Origin: Eledone cirrhosa
Lineage: Eukaryota
Reading direction: 5' to 3'
DNA: 64,000 nt
NCBI GenBank assembly: GCA_964016885.1
Contig: OZ024749.1
Coordinates: forward strand, 28,768,001-28,832,000
Shown: positions 1-16,440 of the stretch, piece after piece
Layout: the number at the start of each line of letters is the position of its first letter
How positions within the stretch are numbered: position 1 is the first letter of the stretch
Notes under the pieces: model-generated
Told to the model about the DNA's origin: nothing
The model's input: the letters and a program-made list of their open reading frames with translations, nothing else
Database searches by the model: none
Translations under genes and position numbers: made by a program

Positions 1-84
1 TCTATATATTTATATATTAATATATCCACCAGCCTCTGTATCTTCTTTTCTTTATGACTTCACATACACACACCCTCACACACA

Positions 85-145
<61 letters not shown>

Positions 146-161
146 CCTCACACACACACAC

Positions 162-295
<134 letters not shown>

Positions 296-662
296 GCGTG
301 TATGTGTACGTGTTTGTACATATATATAAATGAACATCCGCTTCATTTAAGAATCATTGGGAAAATTTGAAATGTATGCGACTATAAGATTATTTGATTA
401 CTGTATAATATAAAATTTACTTCTGGTGACGGAAATTCTTTCAACTATTACTTATATGAATGTCTATTATTATAGTCATCTATTTTGGAACGACTTCATT
501 TTATCCCAATCCTGAAACTGCACGTGTGGGTGGCTGACGAGGAAAAAAATTCATTTGTGCAGCTTATGTAACTGTTTCTCAATCTGCATCTTATGCCCCC
601 CCTCCCTCTCTCTCTATATATATATATAGAGAGAGAGAGAGAAAGAGAGTGCAAGAGAGAGA

Positions 663-710
<48 letters not shown>

Positions 711-899
711 AAGAGAGTGCGAGAGAGAGATGGATAGATTGTATTGACACATCACATATGTCTGCGTTTTACAGCTATCTAGTGCTCTAGTATGTGTGCA
801 TATACTGCCTATATACGTACATACACACGTGCATACGAATACCTACACACACATTCACAGATATACACAGACACATACATATACAACTACACACACACA

Positions 900-2394
900 T
901 ATATAGCCACACACATACACCTACTCACAGACACTGACACAGGCACAGACACATACACACACACATACATACCCACATACACTTACACACCTACACATAC
1001 AGACATCTCCACACACAGACACCTCCACACACAGACACACACACGCACATACATCTACACCTACACACACATATATACCCACATACACTTACACACTTAC
1101 ACATACAGACATCTCCACACACAGACACCTCCACACACACACACACACACACACACATACATCTACACCTACACACACATACATACCCACATACACTTAC
1201 ACACCTACACATACAGACATCTCCACACACAGACACCTCCACACACAGACACACACATACATCTACACCTACACACATACATACCCACATACACTTACAC
1301 ACCTACACATACAGACATCTCCACACACAGACACCTCCACACACACATACATCTACACCTACACACACATACATACCCACATACACTTACACGCCTACAC
1401 ATACAGACATCTCCACACACAGACACCTCCACACACAGACACACACACACACACATACATCTACACCTACACACACATACATACCCACATACACTTACAC
1501 GCTTACACATACAGACATCTCCACACACAGACACCTCCACATACAGACACACACACACACACATACATCTACACCTACACACACATACATACCCGCATAC
1601 ACTTACACGCCTACACATACAGACAACTCCACACACAGACACCTCCACACACAGACACACACACACACACATACATCTACACCTACACACACATACATAC
1701 CCACATACACTTACACACCTACACATACAGACATCTCCACACACAGACACCTCCATACACAGACACACACACACACATACATCTACACCTACACACACAT
1801 ATATACCCACATACACTTACACACCTACACATACAGACATCTCCACACACAGACACCTCCACACACAGACACACACATACATCTACACCTACACACATAC
1901 ATACCCACATACACTTACACACCTACACATACAGACATCTTCACACACAGACACCTCCACACACAGACACACACATACATCTACACCTACACACATACAT
2001 ACCCACATACACTTACACACCTACACATACAGACATCTCCACACACAGACACCTCCACACACAGACACATACACACACACATACATCTACACCTACACAC
2101 ACATACATACCCACATACACTTACACACCTACACATACAGACATCTCCACACACAGACACCTCCACACACAGACACACACTCACACACATACATCTACAC
2201 CTACACACACATACATACCCACATACACTTACACGCCTACACATACAGACATCTCCACACACAGACACCTCCACACACAGACACACACACACACACATAC
2301 ATCTACACCTACACACACATACATACCCACATACACTTACACACCTACACATACAGACATCTCCACACACAGACACCTCCACACACAGACACCT

Positions 2395-2441
<47 letters not shown>

Positions 2442-2525
2442 TCTACACCTACACACACATACATACCCACATACACTTACACACCTACACATACAGACAT
2501 CTCCACACACAGACACACACACACA
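900..2525. repeat. (CA)-derived complex minisatellite, ~80-90 bp unit
   Basis: Unit ACATCTACACCTACACACATACATACCCACATACACTTACACACCTACACATACAGACATCTCCACACACAGACACCTCC recurs many times with variable (CA)n linkers; explains the 579-aa H/T-rich pseudo-ORF. Confidence 0.9.
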
Positions 2526-2849
2526 CCATAGATACAGAGACACATATACACACAGACGTTATCTTGTCTGTTCAATATGAAAACGAGAAGAAATGTTTCT
2601 CGTTCGGAGCCGCCGATACAAAGCATTGATCTGGGCTGACTGCTGTCCAAAAGTGTCTTACACTCGGTTTTGAAGCCCTGCCAGCCATCTGACAGTCTCT
2701 ACTTTAGGTTAATCTATACACGTCAATCACTTCGATCATTATTCAATCAGGTTTCAAATTGGAGGCCAGTCAATTAGAAATATCTGACATGGCTGCTGGG
2801 TGAATAGTAAAGAAGAGATGGGGGATAAGAGATAAATTGATGAAAGAGA

Positions 2850-3570
2850 GACAGAGAGTGAGAGAGAGAGAGAGAGGAAGAGTGAGGAAGTGAGTGTGAG
2901 AGAGAGGGAGGGAGAGAGAGCAGGAGAGAGAGATATTCGAGAGATATAGGTGGATAGATAGATAGAGGAACAGACAGATAGATAGATAACGAGAGAGAGA
3001 GAGAGAGAGATGGGGAGAGAGGGGAAGAGAGAGAGGGAGAGGGAGAGAGAGCAGGAGAGAGAGATATTCGAGAGATATAGGTGGATAGATAGATAACGAG
3101 AGAGAGAGGGAGAGAGAAGGGGAGAGAGGGGAAGAGACAGAGAGAGGGAGGGAGAGAGAGCAGGAGAGAGAGATATTCGAGAGATATAGGTGGATAGATA
3201 GATAGAAGAACAGACAGATAGATAGATAACGAGAGAGAGAGAGGGAGAGAGAAGGGGGAAGGAGAGGGAGAGAGAGAGGGAGAGGGAGAGAGAAAGGGAG
3301 AGAGAGATATTCGAGAGATAGATAGAAGAACAGACAGACAGATAGATAACGAGAGAGGGGGGGGAGAAGAGAGAGAGGGAGAGAGAGAGGGAGAGGGAGA
3401 GAGAAAGGGAGAGAGAGAGATATTCGAGAGATACAGGTAGATAGATACAGGAACAGACAGACAGATAGATGATAACGAGAGAGGGGGCGGTGGAGGGGAG
3501 ATGGAGAGAGAGATAAAGAGAGATAGATAGAGGGAGAGAGAGAGAGAGAGAGAGAGAAAGAAAGAGAGAG
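2850..3570. repeat. (GA)/(GATA)-derived composite minisatellite, ~120 bp unit, ~5 copies
   Basis: GAGATATTCGAGAGATA...GATAACGAGAG recurs near 2930, 3060, 3170, 3305 and 3420. Confidence 0.85.
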
Positions 3571-3835
3571 AGAGCTTGAAAGCAAGTGGCTGTGAGTAGA
3601 GGAAGATTACGGTAAAGGTTACTGGAATTATTGACACCAACTTGTATTGACAAGACAAAATACTTACTGATTGGTGCCGTCCAATTTCCGCAGATTTTGA
3701 TGTCGGATTTTAACTCTTCAAATTGACTGGCTTTTAACACTGGCCAAGGAAATATAATATACGTACTACTGGCTAGCTACTACCCCCACCACACTATATG
3801 GCTTTGTGTGTTCTATTTATGGCTTTCTATGGCTT

Positions 3836-3893
<58 letters not shown>

Positions 3894-4039
3894 TAGATAG
3901 ACGCACATATACATGCACATTGAGGGTGCATCAACATGACCGCAATCTAATGAGGCTTCCAGTAAAAAGTAATGAAATAAAAAAATTTATATATAATATA
4001 TGTATATATATATATTATATATATATTATATATATATAA

Positions 4040-4225
4040 GGGCGGTGGATTGGCAGTATCGGTAGAGGGTCGGACGCCATGCTTTCCAGCATAGTTACGT
4101 CCCTTTACCTTCTGAGTTCAAATCCCGCCGAGGTTGACTTTGCCTTTCATCCTTACGGGGTCGATAAAATAAAGTACCAGTAATGCACTGGTAATTGCTG
4201 GCCTTGTGCCTAAAGTAGAAACAAT
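4040..4225 (+). mobile_element. tRNA-derived SINE, family 1 (Deu/Nin-like central domain)
   Basis: A-box-like TGGCAGTATCGG, B-box GAGTTCAAATCC, then GAGGTTGACTTTGCCTTTCATCCTTACGGGGTCGATAAAATAAAGTACCAG. Homologous copies lie near 8705-8860(-), 15760-15870(+), 16450-16650(+), 18305-18500(+), 26850-27098(-), 40403-40620(+), 48715-48890(-) and 58845-59000(-). Confidence 0.8.
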
Positions 4226-4339
4226 TATATATATATATATATATATATACAGAGAGAATGAGAGAGGTAGAGTGTGTGAAAGAGAGAGTCAGGCAGTTAG
4301 ACAGATAGATAGATTCACCTTATCTGTACAACGTGCAAG

Positions 4340-4683
4340 AATGTACGTATATGGACTTCCGTCGGTTCCGACGTTGAGTGTTCCAGTTGTTCGATCAACT
4401 GAACCACCCACTAATTAAATTAACGTATAATTGGCTGAGTATTCCACAGACGTGTGTACATTTAAACGTGATACTAAGGGACATGCAGTATGCACAGTGT
4501 GTGACACGTCAACCCTTTGATTTAGAAGTACAACCCATCCAAGGAGAGTCCAAGCAATTTAAATCTACCTAATTCTACTCACAAGGCTTGGATCGAAAAA
4601 GATACTTGCTCATGTCGTCACGTAACAGGATCGAACACAGAATCGCATGATTGTAAATTGAATAGCTTAACCATTTAGCCATG
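4340..4683 (-). mobile_element. degenerate tRNA-derived SINE
   Basis: The minus strand starts with a tRNA-like head (TGGCTAAATGGTTAAG...GTTCGATCC) followed by GAGCAAGTATCT, resembling the head of the SINE at 5945. Confidence 0.55.
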
Positions 4684-5208
4684 TCGACTCCATTACAAAA
4701 GTATAAATATTTGGTTAGGGGGCTCGCTTCAAAACTCCCTAGATTTAAGTTCAATCCCAGTGTGTGGAACCTTGGTGAAAATTCTTTTATTGTGACATAG
4801 AAACGAGCAAAATCTTGCAATGGAAATTTGGTAGACGGGAATTGTATGGAAGCCCATCGGATGCCCTATTGCTATTCATAAGTGCACGATTTCATTCTTG
4901 TCCCAGCTTCAGAGCACCATTGAAGAGTTTTTAACAGGGTTCCAGACTATTACAAACACCGCCCGCCTTGTATAAAAGACAGTTTAAAGAGGGTTTCATT
5001 GGAGGACTTCATTTTCTTTATAAATCAACGGTAGAACATTCTAAAAATGTCATCCCAATGAAGACGTCAAATAGAAGAGAGAAAAGAATATATATATATA
5101 TATATATATATGGGATAACAAGTTATCGTTTTAGGTACCAGTTAGAGGTTGTGTGTACTCTGTATTATATATTATATATATATATATTATATATATATAT
5201 ATGTATGA

Positions 5209-5253
<45 letters not shown>

Positions 5254-5366
5254 TATACTCATACATATAAGTGGAACGATATCAGTACATTATACAAGTG
5301 TACGTATGCACATTCATATAATATACCTACACGCACATATACATTATATTCATATATACAAGCATG

Positions 5367-5485
<119 letters not shown>

Positions 5486-5944
5486 GCAAACGTATACATA
5501 CATATATTTATATTGCATACTCCGATGAATTCCCCATAAACATAAACACGAAATACAATTGAAAAATATGTAGAAAGAATTTAATAGAAATACAAAAACA
5601 TGGCGAATATCAGCAACAACAGCGAAACAACAATAACAAAGACAATAATAATAAAAATGATGACAATGATTTAACATAAATCATATGGAAATATTTCTTG
5701 TAAAGAATATTTTCTGGTGCAAAGATAATTTAGCGTTTTTCTCATTGCTGTCATTTACCATTTTATCGTTACTATTTACCAATTACATTGTGTAGTGAAG
5801 TCATTGGAAAAAACGTTCAACTACACCAATTGTAAACCATTTTTGAAGACACACACATACACACACATATATATGTATATATGTATATATTATGTGTCTA
5901 TGTATATATATACAGTATATATATACATATATAATATATATATA

Positions 5945-6160
5945 AGGCGTGTGGCTGAGTGGTTAGAGAATTGGATTCTCAATCGTGAGGTTGTGAGTTC
6001 GATTCTCGGACCGGGCGATGCGTTATGTCCTTGAGCAAGACACTTTATTTCACGTTGCTCCTTCTACCTAGAGTTGCGACCGATAGATAGTATTAGCAAT
6101 TGGAAAGACCAATGGAAACATTGTTTCCTCGGTCCGATTTGACGAATGTCGATCGTTCCT
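5945..6160 (+). mobile_element. tRNA-derived SINE, family 2
   Basis: A-box TGGCTGAGTGG, B-box GAGTTCGATTC, then GTCCTTGAGCAAGACACTT; flanked by (TA)n; a close reverse copy lies at 58160-58378. Confidence 0.85.
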
Positions 6161-6170
6161 TTTATATATG

Positions 6171-6217
<47 letters not shown>

Positions 6218-6246
6218 TTATATATATATATGTATATATATATATG

Positions 6247-6278
<32 letters not shown>

Positions 6279-6744
6279 AATATATATATATATATGTGCG
6301 TGTGTGTGTTTATTGTATTCAGCCATGTAGAGCGATAACTAGTTGTTAGTTATATGTATATATATATATATATATATATGTAAATATACTCACACATATA
6401 TACTTATATGCACACATATACACACAAATACATATATACATATATACACACACTGTTTCGCTTTATTTTGGTTTTCGTTGGTTTTCACGGTTATCATTTT
6501 TGTTTTATTTTTATTCTCTTTTTGCTTCATCTTTTTCTTCTTCTCTCGTTGTCGTCGTTGTTGTTGTTGTTATTGCTGTTGTTATTATTAAAGTTGTACA
6601 TATATATTATATTATCATTATTATATCATTATTATATTTCTTTATACATCAATAAATAAATTCTTCTTCTTCTTCTACTTCTTCTTCTTTACTTCTTCCT
6701 TTTCTTTTTCTTTTTCTTCTTCTTACTCTTCTTCTTCTCTATTA

Positions 6745-6826
<82 letters not shown>

Positions 6827-7104
6827 CATATAACGGCGTTGTGGTGGTGGCGGTGTTGTTGGTAATGGCGGTGCTGAAGAAGTGTGTGTTTCCAGAAAAC
6901 AATTTTGACAAACAAAAAAATAACACATGAAACTATAGAATCAATCATAATTTCTGAATAACAACAACAACAATAACAATAACACCAATAACAACAACAT
7001 CAACAACATCAATAACATTACCAACAACAACATCAAACACAACATCAACCACAACAATAACATCCCCAACAAAACCATCAACAACGACAACAATACCAGT
7101 AATT

Positions 7105-7153
<49 letters not shown>

Positions 7154-7288
7154 TAATAATAATAAGTTGACATAAATATAATAACGATAATATATAAATA
7201 TATATATGTGTGTGTCTGTATGTGTGTGTGCATATATATATGTATATGTAACAATATATATATATATACACATATATATATATAATAA

Positions 7289-7345
<57 letters not shown>

Positions 7346-7887
7346 CAATTCGAATTTCCGTTAGACAGAAGGAATTATTCCATCATCATTGTCACCCAAA
7401 TTTCTTTCCAATTACATCTGGAATGAAGGAGACATTTCTTATATACCATAATGACTTTAAGTGGGTATATATAGTTATATAGTTATATTCCTAACTGCCT
7501 TCATTCACGTTTTACACGTTGTATATATGTATACATACATAAGCATGTACATATTTATGTATGTATGTATGCATGCATGTATGTATGCATGTATGTATGA
7601 GTGTAGGTATGCATGTGTATGTAAGTATGTATGTATGTGTGTATGTGTGTAAGTATGCATGTATATATGTATGTTTGTATGTGTGTAAGTATGCCTGTAT
7701 GTATGTGTGTATGTGTGTATGTATGTATGTGTGCATCCGTATAGTATTGAAGAATGCGAGTATGAGTACTCAATATTCTAATAAGGTCGAGCCTGTGGCC
7801 TGTTACTCCGAAGTTTATTTTCAATTTCCACAGGGTCATAAGTTAGAACTGTCTGAATGTATGTGTATATATATATATGTATGTGTG

Positions 7888-7947
<60 letters not shown>

Positions 7948-7974
7948 CACACACACACACAAACACACACGCAA

Positions 7975-8044
<70 letters not shown>

Positions 8045-8148
8045 ATATATATGCATATATATATATATATATATATGCATATATACATAATACATATATG
8101 CATATATATGTATACACACATACAGATATACATACATATATACATACA

Positions 8149-8194
<46 letters not shown>

Positions 8195-9080
8195 AATATA
8201 CATCTGTGTATATGTTTGTGTATGTATGTGTCTGCCTGGCTGTCTGTTTCTGTATGAAACTTCAACTTGATGGCCACAAATATATACTGTGGACCTATGT
8301 GTGGAATATCCTGTGAGGATGCGGTGCCGTCTTACAGGAAATTGGTCATGTAGCCAGCCTTTATAATTTGCTTAATAAAGAATAAGAGCCAACATTTATA
8401 TATGTGCTTCTCAATGTGTTGAATGGCGATAGCCCCTGTGTTCTAGTTTGTGGCGTCATAGTAATAGGTTGTCCGTCATTCTATCCATCGGTGCTTAACT
8501 GTTGATGATGTCGTAGGAACACCGTTGTGATTTTCATCGCTTTCCGGCCATTTTTAATCCGGCGTACCCCATCTCTATCTAGGACTGAACATGGCCGATT
8601 TCTTTCAGAGAATGGAGACAGTGCAAGATAAAGAAAGCGAGATAGAGCAAGAATCAGCCGCTCCTCTCATGTCTCAGTACTGCTTCTATATTTACTGATC
8701 TCAAAATAATTGTTTCTTATTTAGGCACAAGGTCAACAATTTTGGTAGGAGAGGGGAAAGTTACTGGCACTTTATTTTATAGACCTCGTAGGGAGGAATG
8801 TCAAAGCTAACCTTGGTGGGATCTTAACTCAGAACATAAAGGGCCGTAACTCTATCAATTGATCTCAAAAGAATGGTTTCTGATTGAGATACAATGTCAA
8901 TAAGGTCAACAATCTTATTTTTTTAATTTTAATTTTTGTTTTTTGTGGGGGTGGGGGACGATAATTCGACTCCAGTACGTTACTGTATTTTCAACATTTC
9001 AACCATGTATTTTCAACTGTGGTTACCCCCCCCCCCTCCACACACACAACTCGGGAATCTACATTTCTATATATATATAT

Positions 9081-10040
<960 letters not shown>

Positions 10041-10435
10041 GTGTGTGTGTTGTGTGTGTGTGTATGAAATGTATGTATGTATGTATATAGCTTTCAAATT
10101 TAATAACATATATTTTTTTAAGTTTATAAGTATATAACCTATAAAATATATATTTATCAAATGCACTTGAAACCTTTCTTTCCTCTGGATTACCTACATA
10201 TTAGGGCTATACCTGCTATATCTTTATTCATGCAGCAAGATTTTAATCATAGTGGCTGCATATTTATGTAATACAAACATGAAATGTGGGTTCGCTGTTT
10301 GATACTGTGTAGAGTGTGCAGATTATTACAAAAAGAAAACTACTGTGTAATATGTGCAGAGAAGTATCTGTCTGTAGAATAGGATAAGTGTGTTTACTTG
10401 AATGAGAGAATGTGTTGATATGTGAGTATGTATGC

Positions 10436-10482
<47 letters not shown>

Positions 10483-10657
10483 GCGTGTCTGTATATATGC
10501 ATATATACATAATACATATATGCATATATATGTATACACACACACATACAGATATACATACATATATACATACATACATATATATTATATATATATATAT
10601 ATACATTATATATATGTATATATACATATATGCATATATTTATATATACACACATAA

Positions 10658-10773
<116 letters not shown>

Positions 10774-10914
10774 TTATATATATAGTAAAGAGCAAGACAG
10801 AAAGAGGTGCTTATATATATATTTATATATATATATTATATATATATATATATATATAACCAGGTTATGAACGGTATATGGTGATACAGCGTGGTTTTAT
10901 GGAAACGTTTAATA

Positions 10915-12275
10915 ATTATTTCTACTAGAGGCACAAGGCCAACAATTTGGGGAGAGGGGAAATTCGATTAAATCGACCCCAGTGCATTACTGGTCCTTTA
11001 TTTTATCGACCCCGTAAAGAGGAAAGGCAAAGCTAACCCCGGCGGTATTTGAACTCAGAACGTAAAGGGATATAACTCTGTCGCTAAGCATGTTGTCCGA
11101 CGCTCTACCGAGTCTGCCACCGTTTAATAATGACATGACCAATAACATAATCAAAATAAAAATATTTTAATGTCGGCGCAATGCCAGCTGCTTGTGATTA
11201 AGGGAGAAAATCAATGAAACCCATCCCATTACTCCACTAGTACTTTATTTATCGACCAACCAATGATAAAAGACAAAATTCACCTCGATGAGATTTAGAA
11301 CGTAGAACGTAAAAGAGCGGGAATTAACACCACAATGGTATTTTGTCAGATGCTTTACCAATTCTGCCAATAATTCTGACAACCCACCTGTTGTTCAAGA
11401 ACACAACACGCCGTCCGCTCCAGAAATCGAACCTACGTCATTTCTATTTTAGGCACAAGGCCAGTAATTTTGGCAAAGAGCAGTCGAGGATAAAAATAAT
11501 AATGGTTTCTACGTTAGGCACAAGGCCAGCAATTATCCAGTGCATTACTGGTACTTTATTTCATCGACCCCGTAAGGATGAAAGGCAAAGTTAACCTCGG
11601 CGGGATTTGAACTCAGAATGGCAAGGGCCGTAACTCTATGCGCCAAAGCATGGCATCCGACACTCTACCAATACTGTCAATCCACGTTTCTTATTTAGGA
11701 AGAAGGCCAACAATTTGGGGATGGGGAAAGGCGATTAAATCGACCTCTGGATGTTACTGATACTTTATTTTATCGACCCCTCATAAGGATGAAAGGGTAA
11801 AGCTAAGCTCGGCGGAATTTGAACTCAGAGCGTAAAGAGACGTAACTCTATGCCACAAAGCATGTTGTCCGATGCTCTACCGATTGCTGCCAATCCGCTA
11901 TTTATAATAATTGTTTCTACTTTAGGCACAAGGCCAGAAAATTACCCAGTGTATTACTGGTACTTTATTTTATCGACCCCGTAAGGATGAAAGGCAAAGT
12001 TAACCTCGGCGGGATTTGAACTCAGAATGGCAAGGGCCGTAACTCTATGCGCCAAAGCATGGCATCCGATACTCTACCAATACAGCCAATCCATGGTTTC
12101 TGATTTGGGCACAAGGCAAATAATTTTGTGGGAGGGGAAAGTCGATTAAATCGACCCCAGTGCGTTACTGGTACTTTATTTTGATAGTACTGATTTGAAC
12201 TCAGAATGTAATGAGTCGTGACTCTATGCCACAAAGCATGTTGTCCGACGCTCTACCGGTTAGTGCTGCCAATCC
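10915..12275 (-). mobile_element. head-to-tail cluster of ~6 family-1 SINE copies
   Basis: GGCACAAGGCC...TACTGGTACTTTATT...ATCGACCCC...TTTGAACTCAG...CTCTACC recurs about six times in the same orientation. Confidence 0.85.
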
Positions 12276-12431
12276 AATAATAATGAATATTAGTAAGTGA
12301 AACTCCCAATACAAACCATTAACCTCTCCGACTCCATTCCTTAATCCCCCCCCCCTCTCTCTCCCTTTCTCTTTTTTCTTTCCCTTTTCTCTTTCATTCA
12401 CTCCATACTCTCTCCTCTCTCTCTCTCTCTC

Positions 12432-12523
<92 letters not shown>

Positions 12524-12688
12524 CCTCCTTTATTTCCTTTTCTCTCCCATCTCTACTACTCTCCTTTCTATCCTCTCCCTGATTCCTCTCTATTCAGTTC
12601 ACGGGAGAGACAGAGAGAGAGAAGGAAGAGAGCGAGAAAGAGTGAGAGAGAGAAGGAGAGAGAGCGAGAAACAGAGAGAGAGAGCGAG

Positions 12689-12726
<38 letters not shown>

Positions 12727-13171
12727 AGGAGAGGGAGAGAGAGAGAGAAAGCGAGAGAGAAAATTAGTGAGAGATATAGAGAGAAAGATAAGGAGAAGAG
12801 GAAGTCGTCTTTTAACTGTTTCTATTCTACCTTCAATTACATCTTTTTATCAATTGAAATGAAATTATATTTTTACATCATAAATTTCCATTATGTACAT
12901 AAATTAAGAAAGGAAAAAAGAAATAGAAATACAACCCCCACCACCATTGCCACCACCACCATTACTACCACGACTGCCAACACCACCACCACCACCACCA
13001 TCCATCAACGACAACAATACCACCACCACCACCACCACACCACCGCCACCCACCACACCCCCACTGCCAACACCATCACCCTACACCGCCGCCACCATAA
13101 CAGCCACCTACACCACCACCTACCACCACTACCCACAACCACTGCCATCAGCCGTAACCTCAAATCCTTTA

Positions 13172-13371
13172 NNNNNNNNNNNNNNNNNNNNNNNNNNNNN
13201 NNNNNNNNNNNNNNNNNNNNNNNNNNNNNNNNNNNNNNNNNNNNNNNNNNNNNNNNNNNNNNNNNNNNNNNNNNNNNNNNNNNNNNNNNNNNNNNNNNNN
13301 NNNNNNNNNNNNNNNNNNNNNNNNNNNNNNNNNNNNNNNNNNNNNNNNNNNNNNNNNNNNNNNNNNNNNNN
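13172..13371. other. assembly gap (200 N)
   Basis: Run of N; the round length suggests a placeholder. Confidence 0.98.
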
Positions 13372-13435
13372 TTCATCATTTCATCACTGGCTTCATTACG
13401 TTATTTTGGGTGTTTTTGTTTTATGTCTATGTGTG

Positions 13436-13599
<164 letters not shown>

Positions 13600-13681
13600 T
13601 TTATGTATGCATATATATGTATATATGCATATATGTGTATATGTATGTATTTATGTATGTATTTATGTATGTATATATATG

Positions 13682-13728
<47 letters not shown>

Positions 13729-13850
13729 ATGTATATATATAAATACATATATGGGGGAGGTGTGCGTATGTGTGTAAGAATGAGTGTATATATATATATG
13801 AGTATGTGTGTGTATGTGTATATCTCATTGCGCACGTCACTTGATGTAGG

Positions 13851-13911
<61 letters not shown>

Positions 13912-14334
13912 GTGTGTGGAGAGGGGGGGGGTGTATGGATGTATATATGTAAATGTGAGTCGGGAGGCGGTGAGGTATGAAGGGCAGGGGGTGCTTTCCA
14001 TTTGTATCTACATAACTATATAAATAGACACACTTGTATATCTATCTATATATATCTCAAGTAGATAAGAGTGCGCGTGTAAGGGGGCGTTACCGTGTTT
14101 GTCTACATTTATTTATATAAATATAAGTAGACATATCTATATAAATACATATATATAAACAATGTACATATTTCAAATATTTATATATAAAAATGAGGTG
14201 GAGGTGCATGCTTATATGCATATATAAAAATGTCGTATATTTAAATGTATATAAATGTATATATATATATATATATTAATATTTATCTGAATATCTACAC
14301 ATTCAAATATGACGAATACATATTATGCATATAT

Positions 14335-14376
<42 letters not shown>

Positions 14377-14384
14377 ATATATAG

Positions 14385-14416
<32 letters not shown>

Positions 14417-14462
14417 ACCTATATTCATTGTATATATATATATATTTTACCTATATGCATTG

Positions 14463-14493
<31 letters not shown>

Positions 14494-14498
14494 GTATG

Positions 14499-14596
<98 letters not shown>

Positions 14597-15092
14597 GATA
14601 TGCATATATGTATGTGTGTATGCGACAGAGGAATGTGTGAATGCATACTTATATACACAAGTATGGAGATTTATGTATCAAAATATAGAATATAATATAT
14701 TACTATACTACCGTAAACTCTTGGTAGATTTATCTACATAATTTATCTACACATATACATTTAAAATCTACATGATCATATATATACCTATATATCATTT
14801 CAGTTTCAGTACACGTACACACACAAACAAATACACTCACACCCGTACACACACACACGTACACACACACACGTACATAGAGGCAGACAGACCGACAGTA
14901 CAGGGGAATGTGGGTTATATATATATATATAATATACATAGGTGTGCTTATATGTATGCATTGCATATATATATATATGACATTTAGAGTATATTTTATT
15001 ATAAGTATAAATATATATATATATATATTTATACTTATAATAAAATATACTCTAAATGTCATATATACACATATATATATATACATACACAC

Positions 15093-15126
<34 letters not shown>

Positions 15127-15130
<4 letters not shown>

Positions 15131-15675
15131 GATAAAAAGGACGATTGATTATTCCTTCATTGCATTATTGATAAGTGACGCGCGTTTCGCCACTGATCAG
15201 CTCAAGGTTCGATCTATATCGATCCTACCCGACTCAATAATCCGCAGCTCGACGGACCCTCTTAAAATGCTATAAGAAAATGAAATACATGCTATGTGGT
15301 AAAGTCAGAGATTCAAGAGTTTGACAAAATGAGTTGTTTTGATTGGTGGGAAGGATCAAGGCGATGTACTGCAAACTCTTGAATCTCTGACTTTACCACA
15401 TAGCATGTATTTCATTTTCTTATAGCATTTTAAGAGGGTCCGTCGAGCTGCGGATTATTGAGTCGGGTAGGATCGATATAGATCGAACCTTGAGCTGATC
15501 AGTGGCGAAACGCGCGTCACCTAATCAATAAATGCAATGAAGGAATAATCAATCGTTCCTTTTTATCCTTTCCTATATATTACACTCTGTATAGCTCTAC
15601 ACCTCATCACAGAAGTGAACCTAAACATCGAGTGCTCTCCCGGGTGAACCTGCAGTAACTCCTAGTTACACCTCC
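15127..15675 (+). mobile_element. fold-back element (family C) with ~200-bp near-perfect arms and a variant hammerhead in each arm
   Basis: Arms ~15127-15330 and ~15373-15572, then a unique tail to (TA)n. The + arm (15437-15521) reads GGT-CCGTCGA-GCTGC...GTGGC-GAAAC-GCGC-GTC-ACC. Confidence 0.8.
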
Positions 15676-15686
15676 TATATATATAT

Positions 15687-15751
<65 letters not shown>

Positions 15752-16214
15752 TTTTGCATGATTTAGTTACGGTTCTTTTGCTCTGAGTTCAAATCCAGCC
15801 GAGATCGACTTTGCCTTTCATTCTTCCGAGATCGATAAAATGAAATACCAATCAAGTACTGAGATCGATTCAAACGGTTTTCTCCTTCCTCCTCTTTAGT
15901 CTATGTGTCTAAATTAAAATTCCTTTATTCTAAATTTCCCCGGTAGCGCAATAGGAAGCGTGGCTGGCTTCAATCTCAAAATCAGAATTATTATGTTGAG
16001 GAATCTGAAGGTCGCGAGTTCAATCCTCACCTGGGACACATTTTAAAATAAATATTTAAATATATCTAGGAAGAAACCCTTATTGAATAAGGGTGGGGAT
16101 TTGTAGAGTGTTGGTGATGGTGGTGATAGTGGTGGTGCTGGTGGGATTCTCTCCATCGTCATTGTCATCGCCATCACCTTCATCATCATCATCGTCGACA
16201 ACGTTATCATAAAC

Positions 16215-16440
16215 TTCTTCTTCTTCTTCTTCTTCTTCAGCCCCACTTATTTCTGAGAGGGTCGTAGGGGGCAGAGTTCTCAAACATTCCCTCTAGCAGG
16301 TCCTGCCAGAACAACCGTTATCAATTGATCTGGCTAGATCTCCCAAACGTGACCAGCCAAGCTCATGGATATTATCCAACCATCTTTTTTCGGGCGGAGG
16401 TCTACCTCTGCATCTCTTGCCGGTCGTCTGCTTTGCTTTT
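16215..16440 (-). mobile_element. 3' end of RTE-like LINE with (GAA)n tail
   Basis: Reverse homolog of 29800-30125 (GATGGTTGGATAATATCCATGA...TGGCTGGTCACG) ending in (GAA)n. Confidence 0.65.

Noticed and set aside
5945-6020. Possible tRNA gene
   Set aside because: A and B boxes are present, but it continues into a SINE body with a second copy at 58160 and lacks a clean acceptor stem.
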